IMG/VR virus record: IMGVR_UViG_3300025652_000057
Span: 2,624-66,623 of that record
Length of the DNA stretch: 64,000 nt
Origin: a virus
Direction: 5' to 3' (one strand)
This document shows positions 26,668 through 36,700 of the stretch, in pieces. Position 1 is the first letter of the stretch. The number at the start of each line of letters is the position of its first letter. The position numbers and the translations under genes were made by a program. The notes beneath the pieces are model-generated. The model worked only from the letters and a program-made list of their open reading frames with translations. It made no database searches and had not been told where the DNA came from.

Positions 26668-29600
26668 TTAGTCTAAAAGTATTGTCCAGCCGTTTGATCT
26701 GAGAGCGGCTAGCTTGTTTGAGGATGAAGCTATGCCATCTGTGTCGTCATCATCTACAGCAGCTTGAGATAATGTATCTAAGCCATCTGAGCGGCTCTGT
26801 CCCAAGAAATTCAATGTTACGCCACCTCTAGGTCTAGCTTGGTAGTTTTCATATAGATCGTATATCAACTCTGTTGCAGTCGAGGCACGAAGATTGTTAT
26901 TGCTGAAGTCTAAATCCCTCATTACTAAACAGTATCTAAGAGAGCCTGCGCTATATCCATTTAATTTATTATTTTGCATTCTCAGGTTTTTCAGCGATGG
27001 CGTATTAGAGAAATCTGGAATTAATTCGCTGAATTCATTATCGTTTAGCCATAACGTTTGAAGCTTGGGCAATTCCTGCGCAGGAAATTGACCGCTAAAT
27101 GAATTAACATTCATCTTTATTGTCTTAAGCTTTGGATGAGTAAGTATGGGGAATGTCCCCGTTAGACCTCTACTCAAAATTCTGTCTTTTGCGTATGGCA
27201 TAACCTCAGCGCCTGAGTTAGAGCCACCTATAACAGCAGCGGCGTTGGCAGTAAAGGTTCTGCCTGGATATATGCTAGGACTGCCATTCATTATGGCATG
27301 CCATTCAGACTCAGTGTGTGTGCCTACCTTTCTTATCATATATCTCTTACTAGCGTCGAGCTGTACTGTTTTAGGATTGATGGCTTGTGCAACAAACGAA
27401 TCTCCCACTGTAGGATTCGCACCGTGATTTACACCTGTTATTGGATCAGTTCCCCCGTCTACCCAACCAATTTGTTCCCACTGAAGTTTGGATGCTGTAT
27501 TAGTGGTAGCGTCTCCATAAAGGCTTATTATAGTGTATGTCTGCTCTGCCTGTACCCATATTAAATCCTTTAATCTAGCGTTCTCTCTGAGGTCTAAGTA
27601 TTCGAGTTTTTGATTGGCAGCAAAATCAGGTAAAGTGCCTCTGAGATCGTTAGCCGCTAGATATATCTGTTTGAGATTTTTACAGTTAGTTAGGTTTAAA
27701 TTATAGTCAGCGTTCGTAGGATGAACAATAGTTCCAGATGATCTCCAATGCTGGTATGAATATAGATACTGTAGTCTTTGAGAGTTTGCGAAAGCCTGTC
27801 CTCGATGATTTACGGCACCACTAGTAGAGAAAATGTCATTACCGTATAATTCCTTATCACTTCCTGCGTTCAAATAATGTGTTAAATTGTTAGACCCTAA
27901 GAATATATCATCTTGTATTGTTCCACGGACGCCATAGCCCCATCTAATGTCGATAAAATATAAGTTTGCCTTTCCTTGAAACATTCCATTAGTTTTAAAG
28001 TTGCCCCTCATATTTCTAGGGTTATACAAATTGAAGTATTCTAGAGAGGTACATCCATCAAACTTGCCGTCTATGGTCCTCTCGGCGGTTTGCCATCTAC
28101 TGTCGGTTGAGTTGTGCTTCTGAGAATATCTCTTTAGATTTATCTTATTTGACATATCTATAACATTATGATATCCGTATTCTGATTGGAATTCGGTGAT
28201 GTTGGAGCTTCTGAATGCTGGTATGGCCATATCAGTCGAGCTTTTCACTTTAGTGGCAGTATTCGTACCATCGTAATTAGGATACTCTGAGTTAGTGAAT
28301 GTGCCGTTCTGTCTAATATCAACATACGTTGTGTTTGGACTTCTATATACACCAGGCGACAGACCAGAGAATGGTTGTCGGTAAGTAGAGTAATATGATA
28401 TGCCGTCAGTGCCATAATATTCGAGATTGCCGTCTACATCACATTTAACGAACGAGTGTCCTCCTACACTAGATCCACTTGTAGACATTGTGACTGCGGC
28501 AGTATCTTCTTTATTTAGAACATTGACTATGTTACTTGACCCATCTCCAATCTTTTCGAATATGTAGACCTCTCCGTCTGTTAAGCCAGTTACGCCAGCG
28601 CCAAGTCTTGGGTAGAGATCAACTCTCTGATTATATTTGACGTAGATTTTAGTAGAACTTAACGATGAAGTCCCACCATCGAACCAAATGTCTACATACC
28701 CTGAAGGTAGTGTCGCCAGAGATATTGTTGTGACTGAGCCGCTTACCGGCCATAGATCGGTTACACTTCTTAGACCAGTGTTCGCTTCTAAAGGATCATA
28801 TGTCTGCGGAGATATCTTCGAACCGAGCATAGCTCTGACGAGGTCTCTTTGATATGTGGCGCCCATAGAGAGGTCACGAAGAGCCTTATAATCTTTTAAA
28901 TTCACAGGTGTGGCATCCCTAAAACATCCGTTAGCGAATATAGTTGTCATGGTTGTCGGAAGTCTGTTTAGCTGTGCCGATGCCGTACTTGCTGAGAGCG
29001 CCGATGATTCTGTGAATCCGTTTGTGCCTTCTATGTATTGTGCCGCTCTAGTTAAGCCTAAGTTGTTTCCTGTGATCGAAATCTCTTCTAGTGCTGTAGC
29101 AAGACCTGCGCCACCAGCGTAACCAGACTTTGCTACTGTAGCGTCACTTCTAAATTCTGGCATAATAGAGAAGTCGTTGCCCTCTATATTTAAAATCTTT
29201 AGTGCGGGTAAGCTTATGTTAGTCCAATCTATTAAATTGGTATTCTCTACATCTAGTCTCTGAACCTTAGATGGATCGTAGAAAAATTCAAGTCTTCTAG
29301 GCTTAGATGACGTGTCTCTGTATGCATAGATTGCGGGATTAGTTTCTGTTCCGATGCCTATGTTGCCCGGATTCGCAGCCGTGCCGTCACCAGAATTATA
29401 CGATAAATCACTTCCGTCAGTATTCGTGATTCTCCATGTTATAGGGACTAAGCCTGCGGAGTCACTGACTCCTCCAGGCGTAATGACTGCGCCAAGATCA
29501 ACATCTCTAAAATATGCATTCCATGTTATCGGTATGCCTTTCATTGCTAAGAATTGGTGTGTGTTTGTAGCATCAGCCGCATTCGTATTATTTATTTTTA

Positions 29601-30156
29601 AGACATGGGTTGCAACTTCAGCCCTGAACGTCTTAGGTATAGGAGCAACCGTTGTCTCTAGGTTCGTGAATGCTATAGTGTCGCCTATAACTTTAGCTTC
29701 ACCGCCGTAAAGAATGTAATCGCTTGGAGTTGGCTCGTTGCCAACTGGTGACCATGAGGACTGTCTTGATGTAGATATATCTGATGCCTTTAATGACCAG
29801 TAGTTCAATCCATCAACTTCACTAAAGTCTATATAATTAAACTTGATGGCACTGCCCGCTATACGGGAATTTATTGACATATTGAAGTCCATAGGAACTC
29901 TAATATCACTTACAGACTCTAATACATCATTAGTAGTTTCTGCGGTTGAGGCCAGAGACTGTAGTGTTGTTTTTTGAGGCTCTATTAGTTTAGACACAGC
30001 ATGAAAATCTGTTACGGTGACATCGGTACCGGGTTGAGTCAGTCCCCTGATTAAATCGAGATCGGCTCTATTTAATCCCAAGTTACGCAAAGCTATGCGA
30101 GGGTCGTCTACATCGATCATACCCTTTGCGATATTAAGACCTCTAAAAATTGCCAT
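26668..30156 (-). CDS. Leucine-rich-repeat protein in the virion gene block
   Basis: LKQIYLAANDLRGTLP, LKTIKMNVNSFSGQFP, LQTLWLNDNEFSELIP and LKNLRMQNNKLNG. Confidence 0.8.
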   Translation of the reverse strand: MAIFRGLNIAKGMIDVDDPRIALRNLGLNRADLDLIRGLTQPGTDVTVTDFHAVSKLIEPQKTTLQSLASTAETTNDVLESVSDIRVPMDFNMSINSRIAGSAIKFNYIDFSEVDGLNYWSLKASDISTSRQSSWSPVGNEPTPSDYILYGGEAKVIGDTIAFTNLETTVAPIPKTFRAEVATHVLKINNTNAADATNTHQFLAMKGIPITWNAYFRDVDLGAVITPGGVSDSAGLVPITWRITNTDGSDLSYNSGDGTAANPGNIGIGTETNPAIYAYRDTSSKPRRLEFFYDPSKVQRLDVENTNLIDWTNISLPALKILNIEGNDFSIMPEFRSDATVAKSGYAGGAGLATALEEISITGNNLGLTRAAQYIEGTNGFTESSALSASTASAQLNRLPTTMTTIFANGCFRDATPVNLKDYKALRDLSMGATYQRDLVRAMLGSKISPQTYDPLEANTGLRSVTDLWPVSGSVTTISLATLPSGYVDIWFDGGTSSLSSTKIYVKYNQRVDLYPRLGAGVTGLTDGEVYIFEKIGDGSSNIVNVLNKEDTAAVTMSTSGSSVGGHSFVKCDVDGNLEYYGTDGISYYSTYRQPFSGLSPGVYRSPNTTYVDIRQNGTFTNSEYPNYDGTNTATKVKSSTDMAIPAFRSSNITEFQSEYGYHNVIDMSNKINLKRYSQKHNSTDSRWQTAERTIDGKFDGCTSLEYFNLYNPRNMRGNFKTNGMFQGKANLYFIDIRWGYGVRGTIQDDIFLGSNNLTHYLNAGSDKELYGNDIFSTSGAVNHRGQAFANSQRLQYLYSYQHWRSSGTIVHPTNADYNLNLTNCKNLKQIYLAANDLRGTLPDFAANQKLEYLDLRENARLKDLIWVQAEQTYTIISLYGDATTNTASKLQWEQIGWVDGGTDPITGVNHGANPTVGDSFVAQAINPKTVQLDASKRYMIRKVGTHTESEWHAIMNGSPSIYPGRTFTANAAAVIGGSNSGAEVMPYAKDRILSRGLTGTFPILTHPKLKTIKMNVNSFSGQFPAQELPKLQTLWLNDNEFSELIPDFSNTPSLKNLRMQNNKLNGYSAGSLRYCLVMRDLDFSNNNLRASTATELIYDLYENYQARPRGGVTLNFLGQSRSDGLDTLSQAAVDDDDTDGIASSSNKLAALRSNGWTILLD

Positions 30157-33100
30157 TATTGTTCCCTGACTGTAAGAGTTGCTTCGACATTTCCTTGACT
30201 GCCATCTAAACTTGTGGCGGTGAAGTATATTGCCTTATTATTTAGTAGTCCTCTAGATACACCCTTTCTGTCCACATTGAAGATGGAGGTTAGATCCATA
30301 AGTGTGGGCTTATTGGCATCAACGTAAAACGAGTATAGGTTACTACCTGATCTTAAAGGATTAAGTGCGGTTGAATCGTAACGACAACTAGCCAATTGCT
30401 CATCGGAATTGAATGCACACGGCGTCTCAGTTTTATTAGATCCCCCGCTATTGACTATAGATATATTCGTATTATATGTATCTGCTTCTGTTATAAGTGA
30501 TGGCGTATGTGTTCTAATCAATCCATCTTCGCCTATCTCTTCAATGACAATGCCGTTGATTTTCGCAAAGTCCTGTAGAGCAAATACTGGATATAGAGGT
30601 TGAGCGTTGAATGGTATTACCTGCGACTTAATGAACTTGTTGTCGGTAAATCTTTCTTGTCCATTCTTGTCATATGAAATTGCTTGCCAGTCATGCGATA
30701 GCTCTAATATCTTAGTTTGTATAAATGCTTGCCCATTAGAAATTAGTGCATCAATTGCGGTCTCAAGAGCGCCACTGTTATTATCAGTGACGTATACATA
30801 CGCATTACTATCAGTAGGTTGCGTGATAGTTGTCGCAAAGAATTCACCTGTTCCCACGAATCCTATGCCTACTTCTGATAAGCCAGCACCATTAGCGTCG
30901 AATTTAATTGTGTTGTTCGTTGGCCCTGATACCCCTGATGCAAAGGTGATTTTTACGAAGGCACTGAACTCGCCTGTGCCTTGTTCGACACCTATAACCT
31001 GATAATCGATAAGTGATACACTGCCGACCACCGTGGATATATCGCCAGAATCAGCACCCGCTGGATTTGTTAATCTGGGGTCTATTTCCATTTGATCGCC
31101 GTATGTAGGATCCCACTCCTCAAACTCTGCTCTCGATATCTGAGAGTAGTTTGTTGATACATGACAATACTCAACGAATGGATGTGCGTTGATATCATAG
31201 TCTTTATAATCGGGAGCCCCTTCAATGAAACTATTATCAAACTGAAGTTTATTTTCATCGGCATCACCGCCGGGAGCGATAGGCTTATATGGAGTAACCG
31301 ATACTGTAAATTCTGCCCAATGCTTACTTAGATATGAACCGTCTCTGCCCTGTGGGTTTAAAAAGTGTATTTTAAACTTATTAGCGTTTATTGGAGTCTC
31401 TGAGGCTACAATAGTATTATAATTAGTCAGAACACCAGAGAATGTCGCACTATTACTAGGATCTAATATTGATCCATTCACATTTAAGCTTCTTCTGACT
31501 GATTGTTCTGTTAAGTTATATGAGCTATTTCTTCTGAGCGTATTAGTGGATCGTCCGTTAGCTTGATACGAAGGATTAACGTAGACCCCATAAACTCCAT
31601 CCGCAATAATGTGGCCGTATTGGTCATCGGAGTTCAGCCTCTTAACAACAGTCACTGTTAAACCTGTAGCAGTAGCGGCTATATATTCAGTGGCAAGAGT
31701 CAATGTGTTATCGTCGTCTATTAGTGCTACTTGATATTCAACACCAGCTATCGATATATTGTCTCCAATAACAAGATCAGTCGTAAATGCTGTACTGACA
31801 CCGATGACATTCTTCGAGCTTGCTTCTACGTTTATAGTGCCTTGAACAGTTGCGTCTGTCGGCTGCAATATGTCGATTAGCGAGTCGCTCGTATAGCCAA
31901 AGTCTAATGATCTCGACTTAGGATGTCTACCATTCATGTGAATAGATGGTGAGAAGTTGAAGTGTACGCCTTGTGGAGATCCTACAATCTCTTCTACATC
32001 TATTCTACATAGCTTATCAGAGTTTATTGAAATGTTAACTGGATAAGCTTTCTTGTAATTTCTTACCGCTGCCCCTTTAGAGTTTAAAATGTGATTTTTT
32101 GGCAATACTCCTAGTATGGGAGTTCTACTTGTGAACGCCTTACTGTTGGCCGTTGTAGTAGACAGTCGTATAGTGCCCTCATCTCCACCATCAATATAAT
32201 AACTACTACCATACTTGTATAGATAAACCGGTGCCCTAATGTTAGCGTTGTCACCAGAACTTAGTATATACTTAAATTTAAAGTCTGGATTCGCCAATAC
32301 GGGCTGACCTAATCCATTCTCTATTATAAATGTGTGTAGTTTTACCCATCTAGCATCCCCATTACCAACTGGGATATATGCGTAAAATCTAGCGCCTATG
32401 GCACCATACCAAGAGAATTCTATCTTATACATTGTCACATCTTCAAAGGACAATATGTAGCCAGATTCGCCTATACCTAAAAGTGCGTCTCCGTTCCACT
32501 TGGATCTCAGTATTGTAGTTTCCCAGAGTGCTTCAGAGTTACCTATGCCGTCAACATAGATTGCCGTATCGGACTGATCCTCAATAGATAGTCCTTGTCT
32601 TAGAAGTAGTTCATCAGGCATCCTAATTGTACTTCTTCTAACTATATTGAACTGACTGCCTTTTAACTGAAACATATACTCGTCAGTGTCGTTAGAGCAG
32701 CCCCACTCTAGAGTTGTGTCTATACTGTTTGGAGAAGATGCTAGTCTAGCGCCGAATGTGAATCCGCTTGCTCTACCGGGCTGATATCTAAATGCTCTTT
32801 TACTCTCTAGGACAGCAACCTGGTTATTAAGTGATGATCCTCCTGGCACACAATCGGTTGATCTGGCGAACGATACAAGTTTACTATAGCCAGATGATCT
32901 GGTGTAATCTGTTTCAGCACTTCCGAGCAATGGAGGAAATTTGGCTATGCCATCCTTTATCTGTTCGAATAAAAATGTCCAGTTTTCTATGGCATCGAAT
33001 GCTATCTGTATGTCGTCGCCGCCATACTCTACATCGTGCCAGTTGCCATTTTTATCAAAGACTGCCTTTGATCCATTAAGAAGCAGTTTATATTCAACCT

Positions 33101-33761
33101 GTTCCCCACTCTGATCGACAACGTATGCTATATCATCATTGATTAGAAATCTTTCTGCGAAATCTGGATCACTACTTTTAAAAATAGTGTATAGGTATTT
33201 CCCTAATCCTATGAAATTCATGTAAGCCCTAAACCCGTCAGTGGGACTAGTCCTTCTAGACTCTACTGTACCTCTAGGAAAGTTATACTGACTAGGAAAG
33301 GTTTTCAGATACAATGCTTGCTCTGTAGATCCCTCATTGAATGTTGGATTAGACCTACGTCCATATATTGGATGCTTTTTACGATACCACTGGCTAGGTG
33401 ACTGTTGGTTGGCAAACGTGTACTGATTCCACTGCTCTTCGTCTAAGCCATATGTGGCGACATCTGAGAATAGCGATTGCTGCTCTTCTGATCTTGGAAC
33501 GCCGAGAATAGAAGAGCTTACGTCTGACGTATCGGGGAACTGTTCTTCAATAGGTATAGTTCGAATTTCATCATTATTCACATATACAGATAGTGCGTTT
33601 TCGCTACTCGTGAACTTAAGTAGCGATACTTCCTCTTCTGTTACGAGAGGATTACCTGCGGCATCGAAGAGTTTAGTCCCCTCGATGTCTACCAGTTGCG
33701 TAAACTGCTTCGTGACTGGAGCTGGTACTTTGTCCAGTCCAATCTTTATCTGCTTTGCCAT
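30156..33761 (-). CDS. Large virion structural protein (RYQPGR family, paralog A)
   Basis: SKRAFRYQPGR, KIEFSWYGAIG and KYGSSYYIDGGD; shared with 33765-38099. Confidence 0.7.
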   Translation of the reverse strand: MAKQIKIGLDKVPAPVTKQFTQLVDIEGTKLFDAAGNPLVTEEEVSLLKFTSSENALSVYVNNDEIRTIPIEEQFPDTSDVSSSILGVPRSEEQQSLFSDVATYGLDEEQWNQYTFANQQSPSQWYRKKHPIYGRRSNPTFNEGSTEQALYLKTFPSQYNFPRGTVESRRTSPTDGFRAYMNFIGLGKYLYTIFKSSDPDFAERFLINDDIAYVVDQSGEQVEYKLLLNGSKAVFDKNGNWHDVEYGGDDIQIAFDAIENWTFLFEQIKDGIAKFPPLLGSAETDYTRSSGYSKLVSFARSTDCVPGGSSLNNQVAVLESKRAFRYQPGRASGFTFGARLASSPNSIDTTLEWGCSNDTDEYMFQLKGSQFNIVRRSTIRMPDELLLRQGLSIEDQSDTAIYVDGIGNSEALWETTILRSKWNGDALLGIGESGYILSFEDVTMYKIEFSWYGAIGARFYAYIPVGNGDARWVKLHTFIIENGLGQPVLANPDFKFKYILSSGDNANIRAPVYLYKYGSSYYIDGGDEGTIRLSTTTANSKAFTSRTPILGVLPKNHILNSKGAAVRNYKKAYPVNISINSDKLCRIDVEEIVGSPQGVHFNFSPSIHMNGRHPKSRSLDFGYTSDSLIDILQPTDATVQGTINVEASSKNVIGVSTAFTTDLVIGDNISIAGVEYQVALIDDDNTLTLATEYIAATATGLTVTVVKRLNSDDQYGHIIADGVYGVYVNPSYQANGRSTNTLRRNSSYNLTEQSVRRSLNVNGSILDPSNSATFSGVLTNYNTIVASETPINANKFKIHFLNPQGRDGSYLSKHWAEFTVSVTPYKPIAPGGDADENKLQFDNSFIEGAPDYKDYDINAHPFVEYCHVSTNYSQISRAEFEEWDPTYGDQMEIDPRLTNPAGADSGDISTVVGSVSLIDYQVIGVEQGTGEFSAFVKITFASGVSGPTNNTIKFDANGAGLSEVGIGFVGTGEFFATTITQPTDSNAYVYVTDNNSGALETAIDALISNGQAFIQTKILELSHDWQAISYDKNGQERFTDNKFIKSQVIPFNAQPLYPVFALQDFAKINGIVIEEIGEDGLIRTHTPSLITEADTYNTNISIVNSGGSNKTETPCAFNSDEQLASCRYDSTALNPLRSGSNLYSFYVDANKPTLMDLTSIFNVDRKGVSRGLLNNKAIYFTATSLDGSQGNVEATLTVREQ

Positions 33762-33764
33762 AAA

Positions 33765-36700
33765 TTACTGCTCTTCCCATGTTACACCCAAGCTTATGTT
33801 ATCGTCGGTCGTTGTACTGTCTGTATCTGAATCGACAGCGAAGTAAAGGCTGTCTGCTACATTTGTTAACGGAAACGATAAATACTCTTTATTGTAGTCG
33901 AAATATGCACTTAAATCGAACTGTTCAGTTCCTTGCTGTAAGTATATAGTCGCTACGTTTGAGCCTGTGTTTGGAATAGGAACTGTAGTGTCAGTTGCAA
34001 TTTTCAATGAGCTAAGTCCTTCGATCTCGCTGGTACTCTTTGTCACATCTGTAACAGAAGCCACCTGGTCACCATCTGCTGTAAATCTCAAGTCTTTCAA
34101 GAAAAAATCATTAACGCCATTTTTCAGTACAACAGTGCCCTCGAATGACTGGAGCATCTCAAAGTAATATAGATCGGCTTCTTTATACAGTCTACCAAAT
34201 ACTGTAACATCATCAGCCTCTATTCTTCCTCTGAACCATCCATAAACGCTTGTTCCGTTTACCATATATGTTGAACTTTGAGTCATGGCAATAGGAGCAT
34301 TTGTGTTATCGATTGTGTACTCAGCAGTCGGTCTAATCGTTCCAGTGGTTGCAACAAGAGTCTGGAAGATAGGAGTCTTCTTGAATCTTAATCTTACAGT
34401 GTTGTTACCAGTGTTAGCAGTTGAGAGTTTAGTAGGATATACTTGAACTCTGTTTCTTACTGCGTTACCTTCTCTTGTGCTAAGAATAACTTTCTTTGTT
34501 TCTAATCCGTATATAGTCTCAGCTCTGTCTGGTAATAGTGTGGCGGATGTGGTTGCGCCAGACAGCGGGCCAGATAGATATACTTTAGTTGCATCTGTCC
34601 ACACCACTTTAACATTTTGATCTAGTCTGCTGGCAGTCTTGACTGTAGCTCCAATATAGAACTCTGGAGAAATTATAGCACCAGCATCATCAAGAGCGTT
34701 GACTACAATTGACGGCATCGTAGATCCTGTGATAGTAGTATCTTCCGCAGTGTATAGGTAGGCAGTACCGGCTTTGGTGCTAGTCTGAATAAACTGCTTA
34801 CCAACAGTAGGAACTTGAGCATCGTTATTGTAGCTGTATAATCTTACAGTACCTCTATCACCACCATCGATATAATACGATGCACCATACTTAACGATGT
34901 TGTGTGAGATATTGCCATATCCCTGTGGTATTTGATTCTCAGTTACGTCACCAAGATCGCCTAGAGAGTATTGATCTCCACCACCATATGTTGTGTAGGT
35001 GATAGGCAGTGTTGCGTTACCTAGAGACGCAATCTTTAACTGATTAGAAGCTCTCAAGTGATGGACTCGCACCCATCTAGCTTCACCGTTACCAACAGGA
35101 ACATATGCTAAGAATAATGCACCTACCGCACCGTACCACGAGAATTCAATCTTAAGCATAGTTACTTTAGTGAAGTCGAATGCGTATAAACTATCTTGCT
35201 TCTCTGCTACATTGTCGGTGATTACATAGTTCTCACCCGGTCTAGCGATACCTGAAGATCCTGTTGCTACATCGCTGTACACTCTATTTCTTGAGCCTGG
35301 AGCAGCGGAAGTCTTAGCATCATCTGTAGACTTAATGCCATCTAAAGCATCGTGAGTGAATCGTGATCTTGGAATTCTATACTCGTAAACGCCATAGTAT
35401 TCAGGCTTAACATTGTTCTTGATCCAATTTACATATTCTGGATAGAAGTTCACGTTATCCACCTGTGAGCGAATTGTGTTCACATTAGCTAGGCTAACTG
35501 CGGGATCAATTGCGGTGTTGACAAAGCCAACATAATCGTTAATACCGTAGAATGTGGTCGATAGTAGATCATCTGTTTTTGAATACATATATGGGAAAGA
35601 TGCGCCCTTAGGTATTAGACCTGTATCAAAGTCTGATGCCTTAGTGTTGAATACTCTAGCATCAGTTCCGTCCACCGCTGCCGCCGCATTATTGATCGTT
35701 GCAGGAGTAGTATCAATCTTAGATGCAAAGCTTTGGATATTTGAAGACGTGATGTCATAGTCTTTAGGGAATATGAAAGGTACAACAGTCTCTATGTAAA
35801 TTTTCGTGAGACTATCACTCTCGGCTTGAGTAAATGTCACTGCTGTGCCATCTTCTTTTGATGCTGTAAATTCATTTCCTTTTGGTCCATATACTCTAGT
35901 GACCTTTAGGATTTCTCCTTTATTTATGCCGTCTTTTACAGACGCTGTATCTGTCCAACTGATTTTGATATGTTGTCCAAATGTTACAACTCCGCTAGTA
36001 AGTTTGAATCTGCAAGCATCAGTGCCATCATTAGTGCCAGCAGTAACTTTAGCTACAATCTTCTTAGAGTCTTTAAGCATGGACGGATCGTAAACACCAG
36101 CATGAACATGAACTAGACCGTCACGAAGAGTTATTAAGTTACCTGCAAATCCTCTGTTGCCGACCTCCATACCTTTGACCTCTTCCGTGTCAAAGTTATC
36201 AACAATCAATTCTGCGAGAGTCTCTATTTTATCGTGTTCTGTTGATCCATCTGCATATCCAAACGCCTTTAGGTCGTTCAGTATTCTAGTCTTTAAATGT
36301 GCGTGACGCTCTGGCTCGCTTATGTTTCCGTCATTGTTTCCTGCGCCACCCTGCTGAGAGTATACAGATAATCCTGTTCCTCTGAGGAACATAGATGCGT
36401 TGTATATTGTCTCTGCGTCTCCACCACCAATAAGATCATTCTTGTAACCATCAATGATGTAGCCAACGTCACGTTGACATTTATATTTGATATCTTCTGT
36501 CGTTATGATACTGCCATCGCCGTTTGCTTGACTAAGACCGCCAGCAGGAAGATAGTAATTTACCTTAGTGTTGGTATCGTATGTCGCAGTACCGGCTAAT
36601 GTCTTAATTGTTACCCAGTATGCCCAGAAGTTCTTCTTAACGTCGAAGAATGTGTCTAGCTTACTCTTAGTTCCGTAATCGGCAGCACTTATGGCGCTAG

